In this document: in pieces, positions 49,063-58,507 of the stretch
Layout: every line of letters starts with the position of its first letter
Numbering within the stretch: the stretch's first letter is position 1
NCBI GenBank assembly: GCA_050331735.1
Contig: JBHJGN010000006.1
Location: 32,001-96,000 of the forward strand
DNA: 64,000 nucleotides
Source of the DNA: Cyanophyceae cyanobacterium
GTDB taxonomy: Bacteria; Cyanobacteriota; Cyanobacteriia; Cyanobacteriales; JBHJGN01
Reading direction: 5' to 3'
Notes under the pieces: model-generated
The model's input: the letters and a program-made list of their open reading frames with translations, nothing else
The model's database searches: none
Told to the model about the DNA's origin: nothing
Translations under genes and position numbers: made by a program

Positions 49063-49920
49063 CTACTGGCGGACGTAGAAGAAACTTTGACCCGCACGCT
49101 CAATTTCTAAAAATCCCTGCTGTCGCAGTTGTCGACGCAGTCCGTTGACTTTGGCAATTCCTAAAACGTTTGGATGCATCTCAACAAGAAGTTTACGGAT
49201 GCCAGAGAGGTCGGCGAAACTTAACAGCTCGCCTTCGCTTCCTTGTACGTCCATAATCAGGACTGTCGGTTGAATGCGCCGAATTTCCTCATTAAGTGGT
49301 TTGACGGGAACTTCGTAAGGAGTAGTGGCCTCTTGTGCTGCAATTTGATAAGCTGACGAGCGGGCAAAATGCTCAGACACGTAAAAGGTACAGGTGCTAG
49401 TGGTGCGACCGAGCATGCACATTTTTAGGTGAGGATTGACCCCGTTAAGGGCGTAGTTCTCGCGGGTTAGACTTTCTATGGTAGGGTTAGCTTCGTAGGA
49501 ATAAACGCGCTCCCCGCCGATTTTAAGGGCGCAGGCCGTTGCCAACATGCCAATGCCCCCTCCTAGTTCCATCACAATGTCGTCTGGTTCTAATCGATGG
49601 ATCAGCAAGTGGCGCTCGTGACGAGTATGACGACCAGCCAGGAGCTTGCGAACTTGAAAGGATGACATTCTCTGATCGATGCGCATGCGAATGCCATCTA
49701 TCGTCACGAGCGATCCGTATAGGTCTGGGGAGACGGTGGGTTCTTCTGGAAGGGGTCGCTGTTGGCGATAGGCAGACTGAAGAGTGCGATAGAGCGATGG
49801 CGTTGCGGATTCCCAAGCCGTCAGGAACTGACCCCAGCGTACTCCTTGCTGTCGTCGTAGATGGCGTACCAGCAAAGCGGTATCCCACCAGTAGGAACGT
49901 AACGTATGATAAATATTCAT
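49063..49920 (-). CDS. FkbM family methyltransferase
   Basis: VMELGGGIG, YSYEANP, LIMDVQGSE, VEMHP. Confidence 0.88.
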   Translation of the reverse strand: MNIYHTLRSYWWDTALLVRHLRRQQGVRWGQFLTAWESATPSLYRTLQSAYRQQRPLPEEPTVSPDLYGSLVTIDGIRMRIDQRMSSFQVRKLLAGRHTRHERHLLIHRLEPDDIVMELGGGIGMLATACALKIGGERVYSYEANPTIESLTRENYALNGVNPHLKMCMLGRTTSTCTFYVSEHFARSSAYQIAAQEATTPYEVPVKPLNEEIRRIQPTVLIMDVQGSEGELLSFADLSGIRKLLVEMHPNVLGIAKVNGLRRQLRQQGFLEIERAGQSFFYVRQ

Positions 49921-49988
49921 GGTGCGCTATTCTTTGAATGTCGACTGCATTATAGTGCTAACGTTTTTTCTACACAACGGCGCAGCGC

Positions 49989-50699
49989 TCATTTAATTGC
50001 CAAAAAGCCTTCAAAGCAGAGGTGTTTGAAAACCGTCATGATGTCTACAAAACCAGCCCGACGCATCAGATCAATGTTCCCCTGAGTAGAAAATGGTTCG
50101 AGCATGCCTTTCAAACTGCGGCTTTTGTTGACGATTTCCTGCTCAGAAAAACCCTGCTGTAATTTGAAATCAATATAGAGTGACGACATCATATCTTGAA
50201 AGCGAGCGTCAGGAGCCCGCACTTTTTCAAAGAGGAGAAAACCGCCTCCCCAGCTAAGGCTCTGGTAAATTTTGTCGAACACAAGCTGGCGAACAGCGGG
50301 TCGGATAAACTGAATTGTATAGTAAGAAACAATCAAGTCGGCCGGCTCTAACTCCGCGTCAACGATATTAGCCTCTCGAATCTCCACTCTTGGTAAATCA
50401 GCGGTTTTCCGCTTTGCTGCTTCTACCATAGCTGGTTCGATTTCCAGCCCAATAAATGAGACATGGCGATCGCTGTTTGCTTCGGCTATCTGTCGGGTAA
50501 GTTCTCCTGTCGAGCAACCTAGTTCATAGACAGTCGATCCTGGACGAATAAAGAAATCAGACAGCGCCACCACAATCTCATGTCCTTGCCGATACTGCGG
50601 TACTGAGCGACTGACGTGACTATCAAAGGTTTCTGCGACGCTGCCACCAAAGGACCAGCGTGCGTTCGCTACAGATATTGTGTCTCCAACATCAGTCAT
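49989..50699 (-). CDS. CmoA-like (carboxy-SAM synthase-like) SAM-dependent enzyme
   Basis: WSF..VAETFDSHVSRSVPQY, YELGCSTG, YTIQFI, FEKV, FKLQQGFSEQEI. Confidence 0.75.
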   Translation of the reverse strand: MTDVGDTISVANARWSFGGSVAETFDSHVSRSVPQYRQGHEIVVALSDFFIRPGSTVYELGCSTGELTRQIAEANSDRHVSFIGLEIEPAMVEAAKRKTADLPRVEIREANIVDAELEPADLIVSYYTIQFIRPAVRQLVFDKIYQSLSWGGGFLLFEKVRAPDARFQDMMSSLYIDFKLQQGFSEQEIVNKSRSLKGMLEPFSTQGNIDLMRRAGFVDIMTVFKHLCFEGFLAIK

Positions 50700-50862
50700 G
50701 ACAGACCCCCTCACAAATCAACAAGTGACAATATTGCTTTTTCCAGTCAGCGTTTTTCTGTACTAATCTGTAATTCTACATAAAAGATGTATTTTGGGCT
50801 GTTAATTTAGAAACCAACCAAAAAAAGGATGCGATCGCCAATGATGTTGCGACCGCGCTGCC

Positions 50863-51729
50863 CTAACTATCAAAGGTATATCCTTCCAGGAACGGAAACA
50901 AGCGTATTTTAGCTTCGACTGCTTCCCTTGAACTTTGATCCCAGCTTATTTTATGTCTGCTTTTGTGCGGTGACTCAAAAACAATTTTCGTACACGCATT
51001 CAAGTAGTCCACCGATGGCTCAACTCCCAACCAGTGACAGAGGTGACGCAGTTGCGCTTTGGGATCTTCAATAAAATCTTCTTGACGAAGCTCGAAGACA
51101 TCCCCTGAATCTATCATTGCTTTCACCTTTATAACGGATGTACAAACCCTAAAATAGCGGTCTATCGTAGCCTGAAGGTCTAATGTCTTATTCTTCGCTT
51201 GCTTCAGCGCCATCGTTGCAATGTTGTCAAATGGATTGCGGACAACATGAATAAAGCGCACCGGGACTTTAACCACTTCTCGAAGCTTTTGAAGTAACTC
51301 TGGGTTAGCAGCCAGGGCCGTCACCGTAAATTCACCATGTTTATCGCCAATCACGCGAATTTTTTCAAAAGCACCTTGATATTGTCCCGATACATCATAG
51401 GTATATCCGCCTCCCCGTTTCCAAGAATGACCTCTGACTTTAGTCATTTGAAACAGTAAGTAGTAGAGTGCCTCTCGCCCAAAACCAGATTGAACGTATT
51501 GAACGGCCCGTAGTTCGTGAGCCATGACAATATCGGGATGGGCATCTAGTAAAGCCGCGACTAAACTATGTCCGCTTCTGGAATAGCCGATGAAGGTGCA
51601 GTAGGTTTCTACCTCTGAAAATGAAGGAGCAAATTGTTTTCCTGTTCTCAGAGTTACTAAATGAGCCAGACTAAACTGCACTGGCCAAGGAAGCTTTTTA
51701 CGCTTTTTCAAAAGAAGTTTTAATAACAT
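50863..51729 (-). CDS. Sulfotransferase family protein
   Basis: IGYSRSGHSLVAALLDAHP 5'-PSB loop, IGDK, IHVVRNPFDNIAT 3'-PB. Confidence 0.88.
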   Translation of the reverse strand: MLLKLLLKKRKKLPWPVQFSLAHLVTLRTGKQFAPSFSEVETYCTFIGYSRSGHSLVAALLDAHPDIVMAHELRAVQYVQSGFGREALYYLLFQMTKVRGHSWKRGGGYTYDVSGQYQGAFEKIRVIGDKHGEFTVTALAANPELLQKLREVVKVPVRFIHVVRNPFDNIATMALKQAKNKTLDLQATIDRYFRVCTSVIKVKAMIDSGDVFELRQEDFIEDPKAQLRHLCHWLGVEPSVDYLNACTKIVFESPHKSRHKISWDQSSREAVEAKIRLFPFLEGYTFDS

Positions 51730-51835
51730 TCACAGCCAACCGTAGTTTGACAAGAAACTATTTCTACTCTTTAGAAAGCTTAGCAACGAAACTGACACTG
51801 GTATACTAAGTTCGCGAGCCATTCGAGTCCAGTGA

Positions 51836-53359
51836 CTACTGATACGCCATCATCGTTGATGTTGTTTGGAGCAGATGCTGACCAAGGCGACGGGCGAGAG
51901 CCAAGATTGTGAAGGTGGGTGAGTACGACGGGCCAGTGGGAAACACCGCTGAACTGGCGACATAGAGATTATCAGTCCCAAACACTCGACAATTTGTATC
52001 GACGACCCCCTCCTCGGGGCAGCTAGCCATCCGGGTGGTTCCCATTTGATGAGCTGCGTCGGTCATTGTTTCTAAACTCGGCGGATCGTCCCCAAATTCA
52101 AAGGTTCCGAGTCCAACCTCCGCGAACCGCTGCGTCAAGAGCTGTAGCGTCTTCTCCATCGAACGACGATCCTGATCGGTGAAGCGCCAGTCAACCTCTA
52201 ACTTTCGCTGGCCGAGCGCATCGCGTTCTGTGCCTAGTTTGACGCGGCTACTCTCCTGGGGAACTTGCTCAGTCACAAATTTGACTCGGTAGGCCGCGAC
52301 CGAGCCATTGCCATCGCGGCAGGCGGGACGGCCCTGCAAGGTGCGCCAGAGGCGCTCTATTGGCTTCTCGTAGAGTGGCTTCAGGTACAAAACGTGTTCG
52401 AGCAGCTTGTGTTCTCGCTGGGTGGCATCATCGAGCGCAAAGCACACGCAGAAACGGGGTTTGGGTGCGTATTGCAGCTCGTGGGCGTATTCTTGAGTGA
52501 GGTGGCCTGGCTGGAGACTACCAGTATGGTGTTTGGGATGATCGGTGTAGAAGCGACCAACCAAGTCATGTCCATTGCCGATTCCGCCAGGAAGTTGGCG
52601 GTCGGAAGCTAACAAGAGCCGCGCGGCTTCAAAGGCTCCGGTTGCCAGAACAACAGTTTCGCCTTCAACGATGAGCTCTCGCCCCTCAAGCGAGCGGCAA
52701 GCAATCGCCGTCACCCGTTGGCGAGAAGCATCGAGCTGCAACTCAGTGGCGGTCGCGCCCAGCACGACATGCAGATTTTTGGAGCGGCGCATTTCTTCGC
52801 CAAAGCGGATTGCTGTCCGCGTCGGGGTTTCTTCCCAGTAGAAGCTACTCATTTTCAGGCCGCCTGGCGCGATTTTGGACCGAAAGGCCACAATTTCAGG
52901 ACGGTTGGCCTCTGCCTCCAAATCACCAAAGCCGTAATCTTTGGCTGCGGAGCGGTAGTACTCTAAAAGATCGGTAAAGCGGATGGGCCAACTACTGTGG
53001 GGAACCCAAGGTCTGGCCTCGAAATCCGATGGTTGCAGATATTTCCATTTGCCTGTCCAAACGTTACTCGTTCCTCCAAACTGACGTACGCGACTGACCC
53101 CACGTAGCTCAGGCGGCAAATACCGATGGTAGTAAGAGTTTGGATTTAACTCGCGATGGCGTTTGCCCAGGAAGTTTACATCATTCAAGGCCTGAATTGA
53201 GGGCTCGTATCGGTCGCGTCCGCTTTCTACGAGCACGACTTCTCGACCATGGCGCGCGAGGTATGTTGCTACCTCAGCTCCGGCAATTCCGGAGCCAAGT
53301 ACAACTACCTGTCCCCGTAGTTTCGTCTGCTCGTCTATTTCAAGAATATCGGTTAGCAT
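51836..53359 (-). CDS. GMC family FAD oxidoreductase
   Basis: GSGIAG, RQFGGTSNVWTG, VGRFYTDHP, HQMGTTRM, GVVD, PTFTILALA. Confidence 0.9.
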   Translation of the reverse strand: MLTDILEIDEQTKLRGQVVVLGSGIAGAEVATYLARHGREVVLVESGRDRYEPSIQALNDVNFLGKRHRELNPNSYYHRYLPPELRGVSRVRQFGGTSNVWTGKWKYLQPSDFEARPWVPHSSWPIRFTDLLEYYRSAAKDYGFGDLEAEANRPEIVAFRSKIAPGGLKMSSFYWEETPTRTAIRFGEEMRRSKNLHVVLGATATELQLDASRQRVTAIACRSLEGRELIVEGETVVLATGAFEAARLLLASDRQLPGGIGNGHDLVGRFYTDHPKHHTGSLQPGHLTQEYAHELQYAPKPRFCVCFALDDATQREHKLLEHVLYLKPLYEKPIERLWRTLQGRPACRDGNGSVAAYRVKFVTEQVPQESSRVKLGTERDALGQRKLEVDWRFTDQDRRSMEKTLQLLTQRFAEVGLGTFEFGDDPPSLETMTDAAHQMGTTRMASCPEEGVVDTNCRVFGTDNLYVASSAVFPTGPSYSPTFTILALARRLGQHLLQTTSTMMAYQ

Positions 53360-53499
53360 TTATGACCTCCACTAAAAACACCTTGGGTTAACAAGCGACC
53401 GTGAGTCCGCCCTATGCATTGAACATTAGCGGTCGGTGCGATAATCCTTTCCTTTGTACAGCAAAGGATTAAAACTAGGATTGGTACTTAGCTTCATTG

Positions 53500-54408
53500 T
53501 TAAACCCCTCTCGAAAAATCTCGCCAAGATTGAGAAGGCACTCCTCTTACCAGTCTTCTTCCAGACGAAGTTATACAGGCGAACGTATGAAGCGGATCGA
53601 CACTCATCGCCCAGGAAAAGCTTTTTATTGCTGCGGGGATCTGTCCGAGCTGGTATAACTTCATTGCATGGTCGAAGATAAAATTGGCATACATTTTCGG
53701 ATGCGCTTCAAAAAGCGGTCTATGTTTGTCCAGGAGGCGATTGAAGTTAGTTTGTCGCAGCGATAGGTTTGATGAAACTTGCTGACCGTGTTTAGTTAAG
53801 CGATAAGTCACGGTGGGCAACCCTAAGAGCGAACAGACTGGATTGAGTCTGAGGAACAGCTCTGTATGAATGCGAGAAGTAAATGACTCGTCGAACCCCC
53901 CAATGCTGAGCAGTACCTCGCGTTCGACAACCATTGTTTGCTTGGTATGAAACGATTGCCCCGGCTCGATCTTTTCAAGGCAGAAGTGAGACCCCCGCAG
54001 GAGAGTGGGCGGGATACGCTTTTGAATAATGCGCCCATTCTTGCCGACTACCTCCATCCCAGACAGCACTGCCACAGGTTGTGGTAGGGTTGTGCTAGCT
54101 AGTGCTTCTAGGGAAACTTGCGCCATGTGGGGCAAAAGTTGGTCGTCATCATCTAAGTAGCTGATGTAACGTCCTCGTGCCGCTTTTGCCCCAACGTTAC
54201 GCGCTACTGCCCCGCCACTGTTTTTATGTAACCGAATGAGCTTAAGCTGAGGATGGTCTCTCAGTTTTACGGAATCTGGCGAGCCATCGTCTACAACGAT
54301 AACCTCTAAATCCTCCACTGTTTGTGCTAAAGCGCTTCTAACGGCACCGGGTAGCAAATGAGGACGGTTGTAGGTGGGGATGATGATGCTAATGAGAGGA
54401 TTACTCAT
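53500..54408 (-). CDS. Glycosyltransferase family 2
   Basis: SIIIPTYNR, VVDDGS, YLDDDD, GGFDE. Confidence 0.92.
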   Translation of the reverse strand: MSNPLISIIIPTYNRPHLLPGAVRSALAQTVEDLEVIVVDDGSPDSVKLRDHPQLKLIRLHKNSGGAVARNVGAKAARGRYISYLDDDDQLLPHMAQVSLEALASTTLPQPVAVLSGMEVVGKNGRIIQKRIPPTLLRGSHFCLEKIEPGQSFHTKQTMVVEREVLLSIGGFDESFTSRIHTELFLRLNPVCSLLGLPTVTYRLTKHGQQVSSNLSLRQTNFNRLLDKHRPLFEAHPKMYANFIFDHAMKLYQLGQIPAAIKSFSWAMSVDPLHTFACITSSGRRLVRGVPSQSWRDFSRGV

Positions 54409-54695
54409 GATTTCTTAGTTTGGAACCGTAGAGAACGGGAATGGCGATCGCCTTTTGGTTAGATTATTAGGCTGAGTTGGTCATCTGCTGTAGTCCTCAA
54501 GAACGGGAGCTACGGTTGACAAGCTTTTCGTGCAAGGTTTCCCGAGTTAGTGCGTACGCTTTATAGAGCTAAATCTTTAGGGCAGCTTAAGTCTTGGCTG
54601 GTTGTCGCAAACGAATTAGTGTCGCAATAAACCACCCCAAAGAAACAGGAAGAACTGGATACCATATCGTTCTCCAATTAATAAAACCATTCAAA

Positions 54696-55181
54696 TTAAA
54701 CAAAGTACGAAGTCCTAAGTCGCTGTGCTAGAGAAAGCCCAGAATAGTAGCCAATCAGCCTCCAAGCTTGAATTGTTTCAATGTTAGAGTTGGCACGAAT
54801 TAATCTCGAAACAGCACGCATTAAGTATTTTCTACTCGCGTCCCTCAGATCAGTGTCGGTAGTATCAAAAGCCTGTTCGACAATACTATGGGACAGGCTG
54901 TCGTAGGGAATAAACAAAAGTTGTTCCGGTTTTACGAGATGAGACCCTCCTGTGGCGGTGTAAGCTCTCAGTTCTACAGCAGACACAGATGGCTTAGGGG
55001 GACGATATCGCGCTGAATATCCACTATAGAGAATCCAGGAAACGATTGGCCATGTTGACTCTCGCTTGCCTACAACCCCAACTCCCAATAGAAAAACCAG
55101 CAAAGAGATTTTTGTGAGTTGTAAAGCCTTAAGGGCGTTAGAGTTATTGGCGTATCCTGGCGAGATGACTTTGTCTTCCAT
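54696..55181 (-). CDS. Hypothetical membrane-anchored protein, probably C-terminally truncated
   Basis: TM segment then ESTWPIVSWILYS; last ~20 codons overlap an out-of-frame membrane-protein remnant (54587-54754). Confidence 0.55.
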   Translation of the reverse strand: MEDKVISPGYANNSNALKALQLTKISLLVFLLGVGVVGKRESTWPIVSWILYSGYSARYRPPKPSVSAVELRAYTATGGSHLVKPEQLLFIPYDSLSHSIVEQAFDTTDTDLRDASRKYLMRAVSRLIRANSNIETIQAWRLIGYYSGLSLAQRLRTSYFV

Positions 55182-55244
55182 AGCGGATTATGGATAACTT
55201 TAAAATCTTTGATAGCGGGTAAAAGGCGATTCAAATGTGAATAT

Positions 55245-56534
55245 TTACTTCTCCTGGCTAATTACTCTCCAGCTTCGCGGTTGATAGAACAGGCAACGGC
55301 TGGTATTTTTTCTGGAGTCTACTCGGAATCTAAAAGAGCGCACAATATCAAAAGAAAGCACTCCCTTCTTAACATAAATTTTCGCACTGTAAACCCCTTG
55401 AATTAGGCAGCAGTGAGGCATATACATCTGTAGCTCAAATTGTCCATAAGGCACATTTAGGCTAGCGTTATCATTAACAGCAGTAAGATTAAGAATGCGA
55501 TTTCCTTCTCCTGATAAGGACGTGACGAGAACACCAAGATTAACTGAAGTAATTTCTTTGTAAGCTCTGCATCTGACACACAAATAGGCTGGTTCTCCTG
55601 TTAAAGGAGACTCGATGATCTCTTCTTGTTCATCTCTAAAAAAGAGTGACAAGATATCGAGACCGAGACTTTGATGTTTCGGTTTTTCTGGCAAGGTCAT
55701 CATCCCAGGAACCGCACCCGCTCCATCTAAGGAAAGATCCTTTTCATACTGATGAATCACGGTTTCTGTTTCCCCCTCCATAACTAATTTGCCCTGTCGC
55801 AGATAGATAGAGTTTTCACAAACATTTAAAACCGTGTATGGGTTATGGGAAACTAAAATGAAAGCTGTGCCATTCTCTTTTAACTTAGCTAGCCGATGAT
55901 GGCACTTCATTTTAAACTTCACGTCTCCAACAGCCAGCACTTCATCGATTAGCAGAATTTCCGGTTCAATATGAACAGCACAAGCAAATCCTAATCGTGC
56001 TGCCATTCCAGAACTATAGGTTTGCACCGGGGCATCAATCGCCTCCCAAATTTCCGCAAAATCGACTACTTCGTCAAATCGTTCTTTAATTTCCTGAGTA
56101 GACAATCCCAAAATTGACATATTTGCATAAATATTTTCTCTACCTGTCAAAATTGGGTTAAACCCGGCTCCTAGGGCAATTAGGGGCGCCAATCGTCCTC
56201 TGACTCTGACAGAACCAGTATCAGGTTTAATCAAGCCACTAATAATTCTTAGGAGCGTACTTTTCCCAGCACCGTTTGCCCCAACCAAGCCGAGCGACTC
56301 CCCGCGCCGCAGTTGAAAGCTAATCTTGTCTAACGCCCAAAACTCTCCGTTTCTGAGGGTATCGCTTTTTCTGCGTCCTCCACTGAGTTCGCTAGCAATG
56401 TCACAGATTCCGTAAAATAGTGAGCGCCGGAGGTCGCGGCAGAACTTTTTAGATACCTGGTCAACCGCAATCGTAACTTCTGGCTTTGGCTCGACTATTG
56501 TCTGAGAGGTTCGGTCTATCATTTCGCGAGTCAT
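55245..56534 (-). CDS. wzt: Polysaccharide ABC transporter ATP-binding subunit with Wzt_C domain
   Basis: FWALDKISF, GANGAGKST, TYSSGMAARLGF, DEVLAVGD; TAATG coupling to wzm. Confidence 0.92.
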   Translation of the reverse strand: MTREMIDRTSQTIVEPKPEVTIAVDQVSKKFCRDLRRSLFYGICDIASELSGGRRKSDTLRNGEFWALDKISFQLRRGESLGLVGANGAGKSTLLRIISGLIKPDTGSVRVRGRLAPLIALGAGFNPILTGRENIYANMSILGLSTQEIKERFDEVVDFAEIWEAIDAPVQTYSSGMAARLGFACAVHIEPEILLIDEVLAVGDVKFKMKCHHRLAKLKENGTAFILVSHNPYTVLNVCENSIYLRQGKLVMEGETETVIHQYEKDLSLDGAGAVPGMMTLPEKPKHQSLGLDILSLFFRDEQEEIIESPLTGEPAYLCVRCRAYKEITSVNLGVLVTSLSGEGNRILNLTAVNDNASLNVPYGQFELQMYMPHCCLIQGVYSAKIYVKKGVLSFDIVRSFRFRVDSRKNTSRCLFYQPRSWRVISQEK

Positions 56535-57406
56535 TAGGAACTTACCCTCTCTATTACGTAGGGAATTGATAAACGGAAGGCCATCCATGTTAGCAGTAAA
56601 CCAACAAACGTGAGAAGACTAACAACCCAAAAGCTAATGGGTTCTGAGATTGACTCCGCAATGGCTAATTCTCGCGTTGTCACCAGTAAAGGGGTAGCCG
56701 GATTGAGCTTCACCAGCAGACTAAACAGTCCTTCTTGAGGAACAGGATAGACAACGGGAGTCAAGAATAGCCAGAATCCCGTCAGAATTGATAACCCTTT
56801 AGAAACGTCCTGATAAAGAACTCCTAGGGGAGACAGTAACGTACCAACTAGAGTTCCTAACATAACTAGATGGATGAGGGCGACAGGAGCTAAAATCACT
56901 GTCCAGCTAACCGAGATACGAAACCAAACAAAGATGCCAACAATCAGAATCAATTTAATGCCAAAGTTGAATAATACCTCACCGACTTTAGCAAGAATGA
57001 TCGCCTCGCGGGGAAAATTAACTCTGGCCAACATGGGTTTGGCTTTTGTTATCGCTTCGACTGGACCGCTAATGGCTTCAACAAACGTTTGCCACAGGCT
57101 TGTACTAAACATAACGTAAGCCGGATAAGGAATATCGGTCTCGCCAATATTGATAATTTGGGCTTGACCTGCCAAAGTGAATCCTATTGCCATTACAATC
57201 GGGGGGATAAATGCCCAAGCCACTCCTAAAAAAGACTGCCGGTACTGAGCACTAATATCTCGCACCATCAATCGCCATGCGAGTTCCCGAGATGCCAGTA
57301 AATCTCGCCACATCTGATTAAATAGCTGGAGCGGATGCCTAAGCAGACTCTCAGGAGTATGAAGCACTTCGAAACTGCATCTCCTTCGCACTGGTTTTGA
57401 AGTCAT
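56534..57406 (-). CDS. wzm: Polysaccharide ABC transporter permease
   Basis: RDISAQYRQSFLGVAW, VNFPRE, FLTPVVYP, LNP. Confidence 0.92.
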   Translation of the reverse strand: MTSKPVRRRCSFEVLHTPESLLRHPLQLFNQMWRDLLASRELAWRLMVRDISAQYRQSFLGVAWAFIPPIVMAIGFTLAGQAQIINIGETDIPYPAYVMFSTSLWQTFVEAISGPVEAITKAKPMLARVNFPREAIILAKVGEVLFNFGIKLILIVGIFVWFRISVSWTVILAPVALIHLVMLGTLVGTLLSPLGVLYQDVSKGLSILTGFWLFLTPVVYPVPQEGLFSLLVKLNPATPLLVTTRELAIAESISEPISFWVVSLLTFVGLLLTWMAFRLSIPYVIERVSS

Positions 57407-57418
57407 AAATACTCAAAA

Positions 57419-58477
57419 TTAACGACTTGTACGGTTTGAAGCTAAGTGGGATGGTAGCACTGCAGAGCCTTGCTGATGTGCTGGTATTTGGTGCTGGTTA
57501 GCATGGCGAGTAGTCAAATACCGATTGAGTAACTGCTCAGGTCTAACTAGTAGATTTTCGATTAGACCGCTGCCAATACCAAAGGTTAAAGACCGAACGA
57601 ATGGAATAATGATTGTTCCTCTCCTTCGCCATCCTTTCTCTAATTTTTTGTACTTGCTTTTAAAATAGCTGTCTTCAACCAAATCCCACTTCTTTTGCAG
57701 GTGCTTTAAGCTAGCACGAGTCCACTCGTCGCTCCAACGCAGCATATAAAAATGCAAATCTGTTAGCTTCAGAGGAGGGCCAGGTACATAAGTCGTAATC
57801 GAGGCTGGCTCGAAATAAACACTGCCTCCCGTCTCTCTAACACTCATGCAGAAATCTAGGTGCTCTTTAGTATTGAAGATAGCTTCATCAAGATACCCAA
57901 TGCGGTCAAAAATTTCGGTACGAACAAGCACACAGTGAAATTCTGCTAGCTCTGTCGGTTGGCGCTGAAGCTGGGGGCGAACATCTGTTACTCGTTGTCC
58001 CTGTTTATACATTTTCTCCCGCAGTCGCCTTCTGCCAGTTTTGTCAGTCCAAACATGAGATTCACCTCCGGCAAAATGAACAATTTCGTGCACTGGCTCA
58101 TTTTGACACATTAAAGGCCCGACGACTGCCGCTTCCGTTTCCTCAGCACACTCGACGAGACGAGTGAGCCATCTAGACGAGACAATTACATCATTGTCGA
58201 TAAAGACAACGTACTCGGTATCTACCTGAGCAAGACCCATATTGCGAGCGCGGTTAGGAGTAAGGTAGTAATCCGTCCGAATGAGTTGAAATTCTCGCTC
58301 CTGAGCTTGCTGTTGAAGGTAGCGCTGCACTCTCTTCGGTGAGTTTCCATCAACGTAAATTAACTTAAAAGGAATTTCTGTGTATTGGTAGATGCTTTCT
58401 AAAGATTTACGGGTACAACTAAAACGTTCCCGGGGTACAGCAACAATGGTGACTTGCGGCTCTGTCTGGTGTGTCAT
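57419..58477 (-). CDS. Glycosyltransferase family 2
   Basis: YVDGNS, ARNMG, VFIDND, EHLDFC. Confidence 0.88.
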   Translation of the reverse strand: MTHQTEPQVTIVAVPRERFSCTRKSLESIYQYTEIPFKLIYVDGNSPKRVQRYLQQQAQEREFQLIRTDYYLTPNRARNMGLAQVDTEYVVFIDNDVIVSSRWLTRLVECAEETEAAVVGPLMCQNEPVHEIVHFAGGESHVWTDKTGRRRLREKMYKQGQRVTDVRPQLQRQPTELAEFHCVLVRTEIFDRIGYLDEAIFNTKEHLDFCMSVRETGGSVYFEPASITTYVPGPPLKLTDLHFYMLRWSDEWTRASLKHLQKKWDLVEDSYFKSKYKKLEKGWRRRGTIIIPFVRSLTFGIGSGLIENLLVRPEQLLNRYLTTRHANQHQIPAHQQGSAVLPSHLASNRTSR

Positions 58478-58507
58478 GGCAACATCTCCTGAATAAGTTT
58501 AATGAAC

